Positions 28,093 to 38,055 of a stretch of DNA of 64,000 nucleotides are shown one piece after another. Both the position numbers and the translations under genes were made by a program. The DNA lies in the NCBI GenBank assembly GCA_051252375.1, contig JBPOFY010000002.1, forward strand, positions 1-64,000. The letters run 5' to 3'. The notes beneath the pieces are model-generated. The model searched no databases, had not been told where the DNA came from, and was given only the letters and a program-made list of their open reading frames with translations. This stretch comes from Opitutaceae bacterium (lineage in GTDB: Bacteria > Verrucomicrobiota > Verrucomicrobiia > Opitutales > Coraliomargaritaceae). The number at the start of each line of letters is the position of its first letter. Positions within the stretch are counted from its first letter, which is position 1.

Positions 28093-29097
28093 TCACTGGA
28101 TGCTAGCCAAGGCGCCATCCACTTCAGCTATCCATTGATCGCGTAAAGTGGAATTTACCAACGCGACTTCGAAACCATTTTTCGCTAATCGAGCGAGTTC
28201 AGAGGGCGTAAAATTCAAACCTGAGCTCAACGCATGGTATTCGTCTGCGACCGTGTTACCAAATGAAAACGGGTCGTCGGTGCTGATCGTGCAGCGCAAG
28301 CCTTGATCAAAGAAGCTACGGATCGGATGCTGCTCCAGTGTTTCAATGACATCCAATTTCACATTGCTGATCGGGCAGACATCAAATGTCACCCCCGAAT
28401 CGATTGCCAATTGAACCACTGCGGGGTCTTCAATGGCACGAACTCCATGCTGGATGCGTTTCACGCCCAACACTTCAATCGCTTCACGCACATGCGCGGC
28501 CGGACCAAACTCACCAGCATGGGCTTTCGTTTCAAGACCCGCCGCCCGAGCCTTCGCCCACAGTTTCGGCGTCCAGTCCTCAAGCGGCAGATATTCCACT
28601 CCGTGCAAATCAATCCCAGCCAAACCATCCCATTCGATGCATTTATCCAAAACGGGGGTCAATGTCTCATTATAGCAATTCCGCGCCATCCCCATGAACA
28701 CGCGCACTTCCAGACCTGCAGGCGTAGCACTACGGATTGCAGATAGGATCTCCGGCCCTGGAATGCCTAGAAACTCAATCATCCCAGCATGGAAGGAAGT
28801 CTCCACGTAGCGCACATTTTGCTTTAGCAGCCCCTTAAAAATCACTGACGCGGCTTCATGGTATCGTTCTGGCGTCGTAAACCACTGCATGGCATGCTCA
28901 ATTAAATGAGCCTCGAACGACTCAAAATTCTTCCACTTAAAGTCTCGTGCCCAACAAGCCTGTGGCTCGGAAAACTTAGCTGAATCGAGCTGTTTCAAAA
29001 GCTCGTATGGCAAGGCCCCCTCTATATGTAAATGCGTCTCTGTTTTCGGTAAACGGTGAATGAAGTCAGCTACAGCAGGCTCGGGCGTGGTATACAT
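28093..29097 (-). CDS. Adenosine/adenine deaminase family protein
   Basis: [32 protein letters not shown] motifs; probable start 29097. Confidence 0.92.
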   Translation of the reverse strand: MYTTPEPAVADFIHRLPKTETHLHIEGALPYELLKQLDSAKFSEPQACWARDFKWKNFESFEAHLIEHAMQWFTTPERYHEAASVIFKGLLKQNVRYVETSFHAGMIEFLGIPGPEILSAIRSATPAGLEVRVFMGMARNCYNETLTPVLDKCIEWDGLAGIDLHGVEYLPLEDWTPKLWAKARAAGLETKAHAGEFGPAAHVREAIEVLGVKRIQHGVRAIEDPAVVQLAIDSGVTFDVCPISNVKLDVIETLEQHPIRSFFDQGLRCTISTDDPFSFGNTVADEYHALSSGLNFTPSELARLAKNGFEVALVNSTLRDQWIAEVDGALASIQ

Positions 29098-29345
29098 CCC
29101 TCCAAAAAGGCGAGAGTCTCTCAAAAATGCAAACGTTGAAGCTCCAATATTACAGAGAACTACTCACCACGAAACTGAACAAACGGAACTGCCGAATGAT
29201 TACACAAGCATGCAGAAGCATTTATGCAGCACTAGAGCTAATTAAGCTATACTAATAAGGCAAGGATATGAGTTAAACAACTGACAATCATAAACTTAAA
29301 CAAAACCAATGCAATAAATCAACAGTCTCATGGCACTGATTGACC

Positions 29346-29375
29346 TTGACTTTTAATAAAAATCACACATCTACT
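29346..29375 (+). promoter_or_regulatory. Putative sigma70 promoter giving a ~210-nt desaturase leader
   Basis: TTGACT ... TCTACT (18-bp spacer) in an AT-rich region. Confidence 0.45.
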
Positions 29376-29452
29376 GCGCGACACAGGCCAACGACATTCT
29401 TGGATGATCTTTTTCATCAAATAAACTACCTCTAAGAACTGACGCGACGCCT

Positions 29453-29560
29453 GAGTGATCTACTCCAGATGACTTCTCGCCCCTGTAAACCACGGGCACA
29501 ATACAACAAATACAGTAATCTGACTAGGATTACACCCGGTCCCTGTAAACCACGGACCAC
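29453..29560 (+). ncRNA. Tandem two-hairpin structured element in the desaturase 5' leader (candidate cis-regulatory RNA)
   Basis: Two units 60 nt apart, each with GTRATCT/RGATKAC hairpin plus a hairpin containing invariant CCCTGTAAACCACGG; stem changes preserve pairing. Confidence 0.6.
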
Positions 29561-29590
29561 CCTCACATACACCACAAACCTTTCTATTAT

Positions 29591-30700
29591 ATGAAAATCA
29601 AAAATTGGGACATGTTTTCCTTCGTGGTCGCCTACCACATTGCGCTCATCGCGCTTCTACCTGCCTTTATCAATGTATTCTCTTGGACGGCAGTCATATT
29701 CTTCCTGATTACCTACATACTAGGAGGCATGTCCATCACGGTGGGCTACCACCGCCTGTATGCGCACAAATCTTACTCTGCGAATCCATTCTTCGAATGG
29801 TGTGTGCTACTAAGTTCGGCACTGGCCTTTGAAATGTCAGCGCTCATGTGGTCACACGACCACCGCATCCACCACAATCACGTGGATACCAACAAAGACC
29901 CCTACTCCATCAAGAAGGGTTTCTGGTATGCGCACGTGCTTTGGTTATTCGACTACCAGCGCGACTACGACGAATCACTTGTGGCCGACCTAAAGAAGAA
30001 CCCACGTGTGATGCTGCAAGACAAGCACTACGGGAAGTTCCTGCTCGGTGTAAATCTCGCGGTCTTTTTCCTCGGCTGGGCAATCACCGGTAGCGCACTC
30101 GCCTCTTTCTATATGGGCTTCCTTATGCGTATGGCGATGATTCACCACTGCACATGGTTCATCAACTCGCTTTGCCATACTTATGGCGCAAAGACTTATG
30201 CCCGTGAGCTCAGCGCCGTCGACAATGCGATCATGGCCGTCCTTACATTCGGTGAAGGTTACCACAACTATCACCACGCCTTCGCAGCCGACTATCGCAA
30301 CGGTATCCGCTGGTATCACTTCGACCCTTCCAAGTGGACGATCTGGGTGGCCTCAAAGCTCGGCATGGTTTCCAGCCTACGCGTGATCAATGATGTGACC
30401 GTGCAAAAGTCTCTCGTCATGAAAGATAAGAAGATGATGGTCGAGCACCTCGAAGACGAAGCTGGCGAACTGGCAGCAGAGCTCAAAGCAAAGCTCGAAG
30501 AACTATCTGCTATTTTTGAAGACAAAGCCGCTGCCGTCATGGTGAAAGTTCGCGAGCTCAAACAAGCTTCCGAAGATCAGAAAGCGAACTTAGAGAAAGA
30601 AATCAAAGCACTCCGTGCATCCCTCAAAGAAACATGGGATGAGTGGGTCGCCCTCACTCGCCAAGCCACGAAGCAATTCGACTTCGGACACGTGCACTAA
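29591..30700 (+). CDS. Delta-9-type acyl-CoA/acyl-lipid fatty acid desaturase with C-terminal coiled coil
   Basis: His boxes HRLYAH, HRIHH, HNYHH; DPY, FINSLCH, FGEG. Confidence 0.95.
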   Translation: MKIKNWDMFSFVVAYHIALIALLPAFINVFSWTAVIFFLITYILGGMSITVGYHRLYAHKSYSANPFFEWCVLLSSALAFEMSALMWSHDHRIHHNHVDTNKDPYSIKKGFWYAHVLWLFDYQRDYDESLVADLKKNPRVMLQDKHYGKFLLGVNLAVFFLGWAITGSALASFYMGFLMRMAMIHHCTWFINSLCHTYGAKTYARELSAVDNAIMAVLTFGEGYHNYHHAFAADYRNGIRWYHFDPSKWTIWVASKLGMVSSLRVINDVTVQKSLVMKDKKMMVEHLEDEAGELAAELKAKLEELSAIFEDKAAAVMVKVRELKQASEDQKANLEKEIKALRASLKETWDEWVALTRQATKQFDFGHVH

Positions 30701-30720
30701 TTACAGTGCCTAAACTTTCT

Positions 30721-30752
30721 AAAGCCTCCGTCACAACGACGGGGGCTTTTTT
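30721..30752 (+). terminator. Intrinsic terminator
   Basis: AAAGCCTCCGTC..GACGGGGGCTTTTTT. Confidence 0.85.
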
Positions 30753-30824
30753 GTGTGTTAATCGTCGAATAGCCGGGAAGCTCTTGCTGCTGACTGGATT
30801 AACTAAGAAAAGAACGTTGCGATG

Positions 30825-30917
30825 GTTGTAGCCATGCCACTCTGTGGCGTGTTTCATTGTGCTGCCTCAGAGTTGGCTTTTGATGCGTGGCACGTCACAG
30901 AGTGACGTGGCTACAAC
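30825..30917. repeat. GTAG-type REP doublet (REPIN-like)
   Basis: GTTGTAGCCATGCCACTCTGTGGCGTG (30825-30851) and inverted copy CACGTCACAGAGTGACGTGGCTACAAC (30891-30917), 24/27 identical; each arm is itself a hairpin. Confidence 0.8.
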
Positions 30918-30992
30918 GTGCCTCCGATAAAAGATGAGCCGAGTATTCATCACAACTAATCCCGGCAAGCGACGATGAACTTTTTTGTGCGA

Positions 30993-31463
30993 CTACTCAA
31001 TATGCAGCACCTGACCAACATCACCATTGGGCAAGCCAAAGCTTTCGCCGACCTTGAGACCAAGTAACCGGTGCGCTAAGGGAGAGTGCGAGGTGATCAC
31101 TGTCACCTCCATGCCATCCATCTGGATAACTTGACCGCCGGCAACACCAGCAAAGAAAAAGACCTCTTCAGAACCGCCTAAATCACAGCGAAAGAGCGCA
31201 CCTAAGGAAACACGGGTGTTCGGCTTCAACAAATCTTCACGCTCCGACTGCAATTCTTCAATGGCTTCGGCCCACTGTTTGGCTTGCCCTGCTTGACCTG
31301 CCGCCAAGTAAGAGGCTTCTAAGCCCTGCGTGTCCCATTGCGACTCTGCTCTCGATTCCTCATTGGTAGCATACTCCGCAGCATCTTTCGACGCGTTTAC
31401 CGCATGCAACAATTCCTGCCGCAGCGTCTCGATAAGGGTATTAAAAAAGAGCGTTTTATTCAT
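30993..31463 (-). CDS. GreA/GreB family protein
   Basis: ESRAESQWDTQGLEASYLAAGQ coiled coil and ITSHSPLA..LLGLKVGE C-terminal motif. Confidence 0.85.
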   Translation of the reverse strand: MNKTLFFNTLIETLRQELLHAVNASKDAAEYATNEESRAESQWDTQGLEASYLAAGQAGQAKQWAEAIEELQSEREDLLKPNTRVSLGALFRCDLGGSEEVFFFAGVAGGQVIQMDGMEVTVITSHSPLAHRLLGLKVGESFGLPNGDVGQVLHIE

Positions 31464-31550
31464 GGGGTAGTGGGCACAATCTATAATTCATCGGAGATTT
31501 CAAATGAAAATGTTACTACAGTTCGCTTGAACCTTCTGGCAAATTAAGCA

Positions 31551-32549
31551 GTGTTTCCGACTTTCACGACCACCATGGCCACTCCCACTTCCAAACGCAC
31601 GGCAAATTATAAGCCTTTTCTTTTCGCATTTTGTGTCTTCGCACTTTGCTGGATCACATTGCTGCTCTTTGCCGGAGGCTTCACCACCAGTATTCGCGCA
31701 GGCATGGCGTTTTTGGACTGGCCGCTCTCCAATGGTTCGGTGAACCCTGACGGCTGGCTCACCGAGTCCGATAAAATGGCGGAGCACAGCCATCGCTTGC
31801 TGGGCATGAAAATCGGGCTGCTCTCCATCGGCCTGTTTATTTGGACCTGGCTCAAAGAGGAGCGCAGCTCTGTTAGGACCTTGGCGCGCGTGCTGGTGCT
31901 GGTGGTTGTGCTGCAAGGAGTGCTGGGAGGTGCCCGTGTGCGCTTCGACCAACTTAATATACTTTCGGAGCACAACATGCTGGCTCAAGGCTTTGCGGTG
32001 GCACACGCGTGTGGGGCGCAAATCGTGCTCGGACTGCTCGTGGCCTTAACCATCACATCGTCGAGACGCTGGATCGAGCGTGATGCGGGCTTAACCATGG
32101 CAGTGCCTCAATCGATCAAAACGTGGGGCGCGCTCACTTGCGTGGGTATTTTCTTACAAATTTTGGTCGGTGCAATCATGCGCCACGCCAATGCCGGGCT
32201 TGCGATCGCGCAATTCCCCATGTCTCGCCCCGGCAGTCTATTCCCTGCGGAGTGGAATTTCGGCATCAGCATCCACTTTGCACACCGAATCGGAGCGATT
32301 GCAGTGACCATCCTTTTACTGGGCTTTCTTGGGAAGGTATGGGGGCATGCACCCACAAGAAAGGCATTTTCCGGATTTGCCGTGGCGATTACACTGCTCC
32401 TCACATTACAGATCTATTTAGGTGCACTGACGATTTGGACAGTGAAGAATCCGTATGTTGCGACATCTCACGCGCTGATTGGCGCTTTTCTACTTGCCAG
32501 CACGTGGGCGCTTACTTTGCTTGCGCACCGTTCCCCTCGTATGCAGTAA
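31551..32549 (+). CDS. ctaA: Heme A synthase (COX15/CtaA)
   Basis: AGMAFLDWP, EHSHR, QGVLGG, HFAHR, QIYLG; multi-TM; start may be the downstream ATG 31575. Confidence 0.9.
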   Translation: MFPTFTTTMATPTSKRTANYKPFLFAFCVFALCWITLLLFAGGFTTSIRAGMAFLDWPLSNGSVNPDGWLTESDKMAEHSHRLLGMKIGLLSIGLFIWTWLKEERSSVRTLARVLVLVVVLQGVLGGARVRFDQLNILSEHNMLAQGFAVAHACGAQIVLGLLVALTITSSRRWIERDAGLTMAVPQSIKTWGALTCVGIFLQILVGAIMRHANAGLAIAQFPMSRPGSLFPAEWNFGISIHFAHRIGAIAVTILLLGFLGKVWGHAPTRKAFSGFAVAITLLLTLQIYLGALTIWTVKNPYVATSHALIGAFLLASTWALTLLAHRSPRMQ

Positions 32550-32598
32550 GCCTACCAGTTCTATCTGCAGCGGAACGCATCCACCTTCCATACACCCA

Positions 32599-33522
32599 TT
32601 GAGCCAGCAACCTATAGAGACACCTGCTTTCACGGATTCCAACGAATCCGAAGTTTCGTTGCGTGCGCGCTTAGAAGATTTCTACGAATTAACAAAGCCA
32701 CGCTTGAGCTTTCTTTCGGTCATCACAGCCGTAGTGGGCTATCTTGCTGCTGACCCTACACGTAACCTTGGTGTGTTATTCAGCTTATTGATCGGCACTT
32801 CTTTTGCCGCGGGTGGCGCAGCAGTGCTCAACCAATGGCTCGAACGCGAGGCTGATGCGAAAATGGTGCGAACGAAAGATCGCCCCATCCCTGCAGGTCG
32901 CGTCCACCCGATGCACGCCTTTATCTACGGGCTCGGCCTCAGTGTATTGGGCTGTTACATACTTTACGCTGGTGCCAATCTTCTCGCCGGCACTTTGACT
33001 GCCGCGACGATCGCATCTTACGTTTTACTCTACACACCGCTGAAGCGACTCACTACTTGGAATACCTTAGTAGGTGCCATTCCTGGTGCATTGCCACCAC
33101 TCATCGGTTGGGCTGCGGCCGAAGGTCGCATCAGCACACTGGGTTGGATCCTATTTGCCATTCTCTTTCTCTGGCAAATGCCACACTTCTTCGCCATCGC
33201 CTGGACGCATCGTAAAGACTACGCGCAAGGCGGCTTCATCATGCTTTCCAATGCGGATGCCCATGGTCGCAAAGTGGCGATACAAGCGTTCGTATTTTGC
33301 CTCGCACTGGTCATCAGCACACTACTGCCGACCATTCTAGGTTATGCGAGTTGGTTCTACGGCGTGATAGCAATGGTCGCCGGCATCTATATTTTACGCC
33401 CTTCGATCGCTTTTCTACAGGAAGCACAACGCGACACCGCAGCACGGAAACTATTCTTCGCTTCTATCTTTTACCTGCCGGCACTCCTTCTGCCCTTGGT
33501 GCTGGATCTTTGGTTAATTTAG
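32599..33522 (+). CDS. ctaB: Heme O synthase (protoheme IX farnesyltransferase)
   Basis: ELTKPR, NQWLEREADAKMVRT..RPIPAG, YTPLKR, LWQMPHF; start probably TTG 32599. Confidence 0.93.
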   Translation: MSQQPIETPAFTDSNESEVSLRARLEDFYELTKPRLSFLSVITAVVGYLAADPTRNLGVLFSLLIGTSFAAGGAAVLNQWLEREADAKMVRTKDRPIPAGRVHPMHAFIYGLGLSVLGCYILYAGANLLAGTLTAATIASYVLLYTPLKRLTTWNTLVGAIPGALPPLIGWAAAEGRISTLGWILFAILFLWQMPHFFAIAWTHRKDYAQGGFIMLSNADAHGRKVAIQAFVFCLALVISTLLPTILGYASWFYGVIAMVAGIYILRPSIAFLQEAQRDTAARKLFFASIFYLPALLLPLVLDLWLI

Positions 33523-33539
33523 ACTATTGGTGACGAATC

Positions 33540-33968
33540 ATGTCATTCACAGAAACGCTCCCCACCATCAACGCCTGCCTAAACGGCACTTCGACGTTGT
33601 TGCTAACTGCCGGATTCATCTGCATTAAAACCGGCAAGGAAACAGCACATAGGGTCTGCATGGTAGCAGCTTTTTCTGTTTCCATCATCTTCCTATTTTT
33701 CTATGTCCTACATAAATGGCTAGTCAAAGGAGTGCATACCAGCTTTCTGGGCGAAGGTCTCTGGCGAGAGTTTTACTACGCCATGCTCGCCAGCCATATC
33801 ATTCTAGCGATGGCCATCGTGCCTCTAGTGTTGGTAACGATCAGTTATGCCATTCGCGAAAAACGCGAGAAACACCGCGCGTGGGCACGATGGACCTTTC
33901 CGATCTGGTATTACGTCTCCATAACTGGAGTGCTCGTGTATATGTTCCTCTACCAGTGGTTCCAATAG
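33540..33968 (+). CDS. DUF420 family membrane protein
   Basis: LPTINACLNG, HRVCM, HIILA, HRAWAR..IWYYVSITG. Confidence 0.9.
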   Translation: MSFTETLPTINACLNGTSTLLLTAGFICIKTGKETAHRVCMVAAFSVSIIFLFFYVLHKWLVKGVHTSFLGEGLWREFYYAMLASHIILAMAIVPLVLVTISYAIREKREKHRAWARWTFPIWYYVSITGVLVYMFLYQWFQ

Positions 33969-33972
33969 TCGC

Positions 33973-34485
33973 TCACTCGACTCGCATCACACCGCGCATG
34001 CCCGCAAAACAGTGGGCCGGAAATGTGCACAGGTAGACATAATCACCCGGTGCAGGTGCAACAAATTCAATCGTATCCTTTTCGCCCGGACCCAGTAATT
34101 TTGTATGGGCGATCACAGAATCTGCCTCAGTTTGGGGAATAAAGTCAGCATCGCTCACCTTGGATGCAGTCGTCGCATAAGCATTTGCATTAACGCCTTG
34201 CTTTAAGATTACGACATTGTGCCCCATCGTGGCTTTGGGCATATTGCCCGTATTCTCAAAAATGATACGCACCGGTTGCCCGGTTTTCACCGTGAACTCG
34301 GTCAGCGAAAATCGCATCCGATCATTGCCAGTAAAATATACCTCCGTCACTCCGTCGACCAGTTCAACACGAGATGAGGCAGGAACCGTCGAATTTCCCT
34401 GACCTGCGGCATCATCGCCTTGTTTAGGTTTGCAGCCTAAACAACAAAGAAGCGCAGACAGTAAGCATAAATTGAACGATTTCAT
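33973..34485 (-). CDS. Blue copper lipoprotein (azurin/auracyanin-like)
   Basis: Lipobox LGC; NDRMRF, MGHNVV, AHTKLL, CTFPAH..M copper ligands; probable start 34485. Confidence 0.9.
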   Translation of the reverse strand: MKSFNLCLLSALLCCLGCKPKQGDDAAGQGNSTVPASSRVELVDGVTEVYFTGNDRMRFSLTEFTVKTGQPVRIIFENTGNMPKATMGHNVVILKQGVNANAYATTASKVSDADFIPQTEADSVIAHTKLLGPGEKDTIEFVAPAPGDYVYLCTFPAHCFAGMRGVMRVE

Positions 34486-34708
34486 ACCCGCAAACAGTTG
34501 TTCAATTGGCGAACTTTGCAAATTCGATATGACCCACAGCACAAAAAAGCTGTAATTAACGTTTCTAATAAGGAACTTAAGGACTACTGATTGACGTCAT
34601 AATTTGAAGATATTCTTGTCAGTCATCATTACCCCCATTAATCCATACCTTTTGGATACCTTATAGGTATCTACTTTCTACCATTAACTCACCGAACTAA
34701 CAACACCC

Positions 34709-36031
34709 GTGAAGAAGCTTTCCAACGGATACAGCCGTTTTATTTCTTTCGCTACAGCGCTCCTCGCTCTCACTTTTTTGAGCGGTTGTGATTTGAACAC
34801 CCGGATGTCGACATTCGACACGAAAGGCCCCATCGCCGAAGCGCAATTGGACCTCTTCATGTTAACTGTCTGGGTCACAGGATTCATTTTCCTAGCGGTG
34901 GGTGGCGTCTATGTATACGCCGTCATCAAATTTCGCGAGAAGCCAAATGACGATAGCCCATTGCCCGCTCAAGGACACGGCAACCCTCTAGTCGAGATCG
35001 GCTTGATCGGTGCGTCGGTATTGCTGCTAGTGATCATTGCAGTCCCCACACTCAAGGGGATCTGGTATACACATACGACGCCCAACAATACTTATAGCCA
35101 ACTCGGCACTTGGTATGAAGGCGATGACTTAGCAGCCGAAGCCGAAGAGGAAATCCTCGTGATCCGCGTGATCGGCTACCAGTGGTGGTGGGAATTTGAA
35201 TACCCACAATTTGGTATCAACACAGGTAATGAGATGATCATTCCCGCGGGCAAGGCAGTTCACTTGGAACTTCGCTCCGTCGACGTGATCCACTCGTTCT
35301 GGCTGCCACGTATCGCAGGTAAGGTCGACTTGATCCCTGGTCGCGCCAACAGCATGTGGATACAAGCTGGCGATGACTTTGATACATGGGTCGAAAAGAA
35401 CGGCATCGAAGGCGGTGAAGTCGAACTTCAACAAGCCTACGCCACATACCTCGAAACAGAGATCCACAACTACTACTATGGACAATGCGCCGAGTATTGT
35501 GGCGACTCGCACGCTCGCATGCTTTTCCGCACCACAGTCGTGGGTGATGACGAATTTGCTGATTGGGTGGCCAGCCAAAAGACAGGCCATACCGCACCGG
35601 AAGATAAAAGTTGGGATGAATGGTATAAAACCTACGACAGTCACCCCGAATCGCTCACCGGCGATGTCAACGAAGGCCTCAAATTATTTGTTGGACGCGG
35701 CAAATGTATCGCCTGCCACTCAGTTCAAGGCAACCCACGTGCACTCGGTGTCGCAGGTCCCGATTTGACAATGGTAGCCTCTCGTCAATCACTCGCAGCT
35801 GGCTGGCTCAATCACCGCGCAGAAGACGGCTCCATCGATACTGAGAAGCAATACGAGAATTTCTTTAAATGGATCAAAGAGCCCGATGTCGTGAAGCCCG
35901 GCAACTTAATGTGGAAATCCAATGGCAATGGTATTGGCGAATTAGTCGACCCTGTGGATCCTAAAAAAATCAAACTCTTGACCGACGACGAAGTCCGCAA
36001 GATCTCCCTTTACCTGCAAACTCTTAAGTAA
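34709..36031 (+). CDS. coxB: caa3-type cytochrome c oxidase subunit II with fused cytochrome c
   Basis: Lipobox LSGC; QWWW, DVIHSFW, CAEYCGDSHARM CuA site; CIACH heme c motif, GPDLT. Confidence 0.95.
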   Translation: MKKLSNGYSRFISFATALLALTFLSGCDLNTRMSTFDTKGPIAEAQLDLFMLTVWVTGFIFLAVGGVYVYAVIKFREKPNDDSPLPAQGHGNPLVEIGLIGASVLLLVIIAVPTLKGIWYTHTTPNNTYSQLGTWYEGDDLAAEAEEEILVIRVIGYQWWWEFEYPQFGINTGNEMIIPAGKAVHLELRSVDVIHSFWLPRIAGKVDLIPGRANSMWIQAGDDFDTWVEKNGIEGGEVELQQAYATYLETEIHNYYYGQCAEYCGDSHARMLFRTTVVGDDEFADWVASQKTGHTAPEDKSWDEWYKTYDSHPESLTGDVNEGLKLFVGRGKCIACHSVQGNPRALGVAGPDLTMVASRQSLAAGWLNHRAEDGSIDTEKQYENFFKWIKEPDVVKPGNLMWKSNGNGIGELVDPVDPKKIKLLTDDEVRKISLYLQTLK

Positions 36032-36040
36032 GCTTTCAAC

Positions 36041-38023
36041 ATGAGCACAACGGTTACAGAAACACCCGAAACTTCGACCCAGTATGGGTCGCATGTCCTC
36101 AAACCCGAGCGCAGCAATCTTGGATTGATGCGGCCCGACCACGGCAAAAGCGTGTTAATCGACTGGTTGACTACGGTCGACCACAAGAAAATCGGTATCA
36201 TGTATGGCACAATTGCCCTCTTCTTCCTCCTAGTCGGTGGTGTTGAGGCCTTGATTATCCGCACACAGCTAGCCTTCCCCGAAAACGATTTGATTTCGGC
36301 GCAGCGCTACAACCAGCTCTTCACAATGCATGGCACGACGATGATTTTCCTCGCCATCATGCCGCTCAACGCAGCCTTCTTCAATTTCCTCGTGCCCCTG
36401 CAAATCGGTGCGCGCGACGTGGCCTTCCCTCGAATTAATAGCTTCAGCCTTTGGGCATTTGTCGCTGGGGCACTCGTCATCAACTTCGGCTGGCTACTCC
36501 AGCTGCTAGAAGTGATGGGGGTTTTCAATGCTTCCGGTCCAACTGCTGGAATGAACGACTTCGTGCCGTCAATGGGTTGGTTCGGTTATGCACCAATTAC
36601 AGGCATAGAATTCACCGGTGCAGGCACTGATTTCTGGATCATGGGTCTACAGATACTCGGTATCGCTTCGCTTTCCGCGGCGATGAACTTCGTGGTCACC
36701 ATTATCAACATGCGTGCCGTTGGTATGAAAATGATGCGCCTGCCTGTCTTCACATGGATGACACTGATTGTTTCGCTATTAATCGTATTCGCTTTCCCTG
36801 CGATCACCATCGCGCTCGCGCAGCTCATGTTTGACCGTGTGTTTGGCACCAATTTCTTCGTCACCGCAGGTGGCGGTCAGCCGATCCTCTGGCAGCACCT
36901 TTTCTGGATCTTTGGTCACCCAGAAGTTTACATCCTCGTGCTGCCTGCAATGGGCATTGTCTCTGAAGTCCTACCAGCCTTCTCCAAGAAGCCACTGTTC
37001 GGTTATGCGATCGTTGTCTTTTCTGGCGCGGTGATCGGCTTTCTCGGGTTTGCGGTTTGGTCGCACCACATGTTTACAACTGGTCTCGGTAAAGTTGCCA
37101 CAGCTGCGTTCTCACTCTTAACGATGGCAATTGCGGTGCCAACTGGGGTGAAGATTTTCAACTGGGTCGGCACGCTTTGGGGCGGTCGTGTGCGCTTCTC
37201 TGCCCCGATGATTTTCGCACTCGGCTTCGTCTGGATGTTTATGATGGGCGGACTCTCCGGAATCATGCACTCCTCCGCACCAGCCGATGCGCAGCAACAA
37301 GATAGTTATTTTGTGATCGCTCACTTCCACTATGTCGCGATCGGCGGCATCTTCCTCGCGGTGGTTTCCGGCATCTATTTCTGGTTGCCTAAGATTTGCG
37401 GTAAGATGTGGAAAGGGAATCTCAGCACATGGGTCGCGATCTTCTCCACCGTTGGACTAAATGTTACTTTCTTCCCCATGCACTTCCTCGGGTTGCTGGG
37501 CATGCCTCGCCGCACACACACCTACCTTGAGGGCTTTGGCTGGGAAACTTACAATCTCGTCTGCACCATCGGTGCCTACATCCTAGCATTCGGCATCTTC
37601 CTTCTTGTGGTCGACATCATCCGCTGCCTCAAGAGCGGTGAACCTGCCGGCGATGACCCTTGGGATGCGCGAACACTGGAGTGGACGACGACCTCCCCTC
37701 CGCAAGTTTATAACTTTGCCCGTAATCCCATCATCCCTGCGCGTGATGCGCTCTGGGAACATAAATACGGTCCCGAGAATCGTAAGATCACTTACGAAGC
37801 AGATGATGGCCATGGCATTCATATGCCAAGTCAGTCTTGGATGCCAATGATCGCTTCACTCGGTTTCGTGCCACTCGGACTGGGGCTTTCAATGATGCAA
37901 GCCGGGGTCGCAAACATGGGCTATGTCGCTATCTTTGGTCTTCTTATGATCGTATTGGGAGTGATCCTCTGGGCACTCGAAGGTCCGGGCGGTTACCACC
38001 TACACCCAGAAGAAGAGAACTAA
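36041..38023 (+). CDS. ctaD: Cytochrome c oxidase subunit I (A1 type)
   Basis: DHKKIG, FTMHG, GHPEVY, WSHH, AHFHY, GMPRR. Confidence 0.97.
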   Translation: MSTTVTETPETSTQYGSHVLKPERSNLGLMRPDHGKSVLIDWLTTVDHKKIGIMYGTIALFFLLVGGVEALIIRTQLAFPENDLISAQRYNQLFTMHGTTMIFLAIMPLNAAFFNFLVPLQIGARDVAFPRINSFSLWAFVAGALVINFGWLLQLLEVMGVFNASGPTAGMNDFVPSMGWFGYAPITGIEFTGAGTDFWIMGLQILGIASLSAAMNFVVTIINMRAVGMKMMRLPVFTWMTLIVSLLIVFAFPAITIALAQLMFDRVFGTNFFVTAGGGQPILWQHLFWIFGHPEVYILVLPAMGIVSEVLPAFSKKPLFGYAIVVFSGAVIGFLGFAVWSHHMFTTGLGKVATAAFSLLTMAIAVPTGVKIFNWVGTLWGGRVRFSAPMIFALGFVWMFMMGGLSGIMHSSAPADAQQQDSYFVIAHFHYVAIGGIFLAVVSGIYFWLPKICGKMWKGNLSTWVAIFSTVGLNVTFFPMHFLGLLGMPRRTHTYLEGFGWETYNLVCTIGAYILAFGIFLLVVDIIRCLKSGEPAGDDPWDARTLEWTTTSPPQVYNFARNPIIPARDALWEHKYGPENRKITYEADDGHGIHMPSQSWMPMIASLGFVPLGLGLSMMQAGVANMGYVAIFGLLMIVLGVILWALEGPGGYHLHPEEEN

Positions 38024-38055
38024 ACCTTTTCCATCATTATTAAGTTATTTTTGCA

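Noticed and set aside
29481..29555. 15-bp direct repeat as mini-CRISPR or as a c-di-GMP, cobalamin or guanidine-II riboswitch
   Set aside because: Only two units whose intervening segments are homologous; only short words (TAAACCA, CTGTAA) resemble those riboswitches and the architectures do not match. An Rfam scan is still needed.
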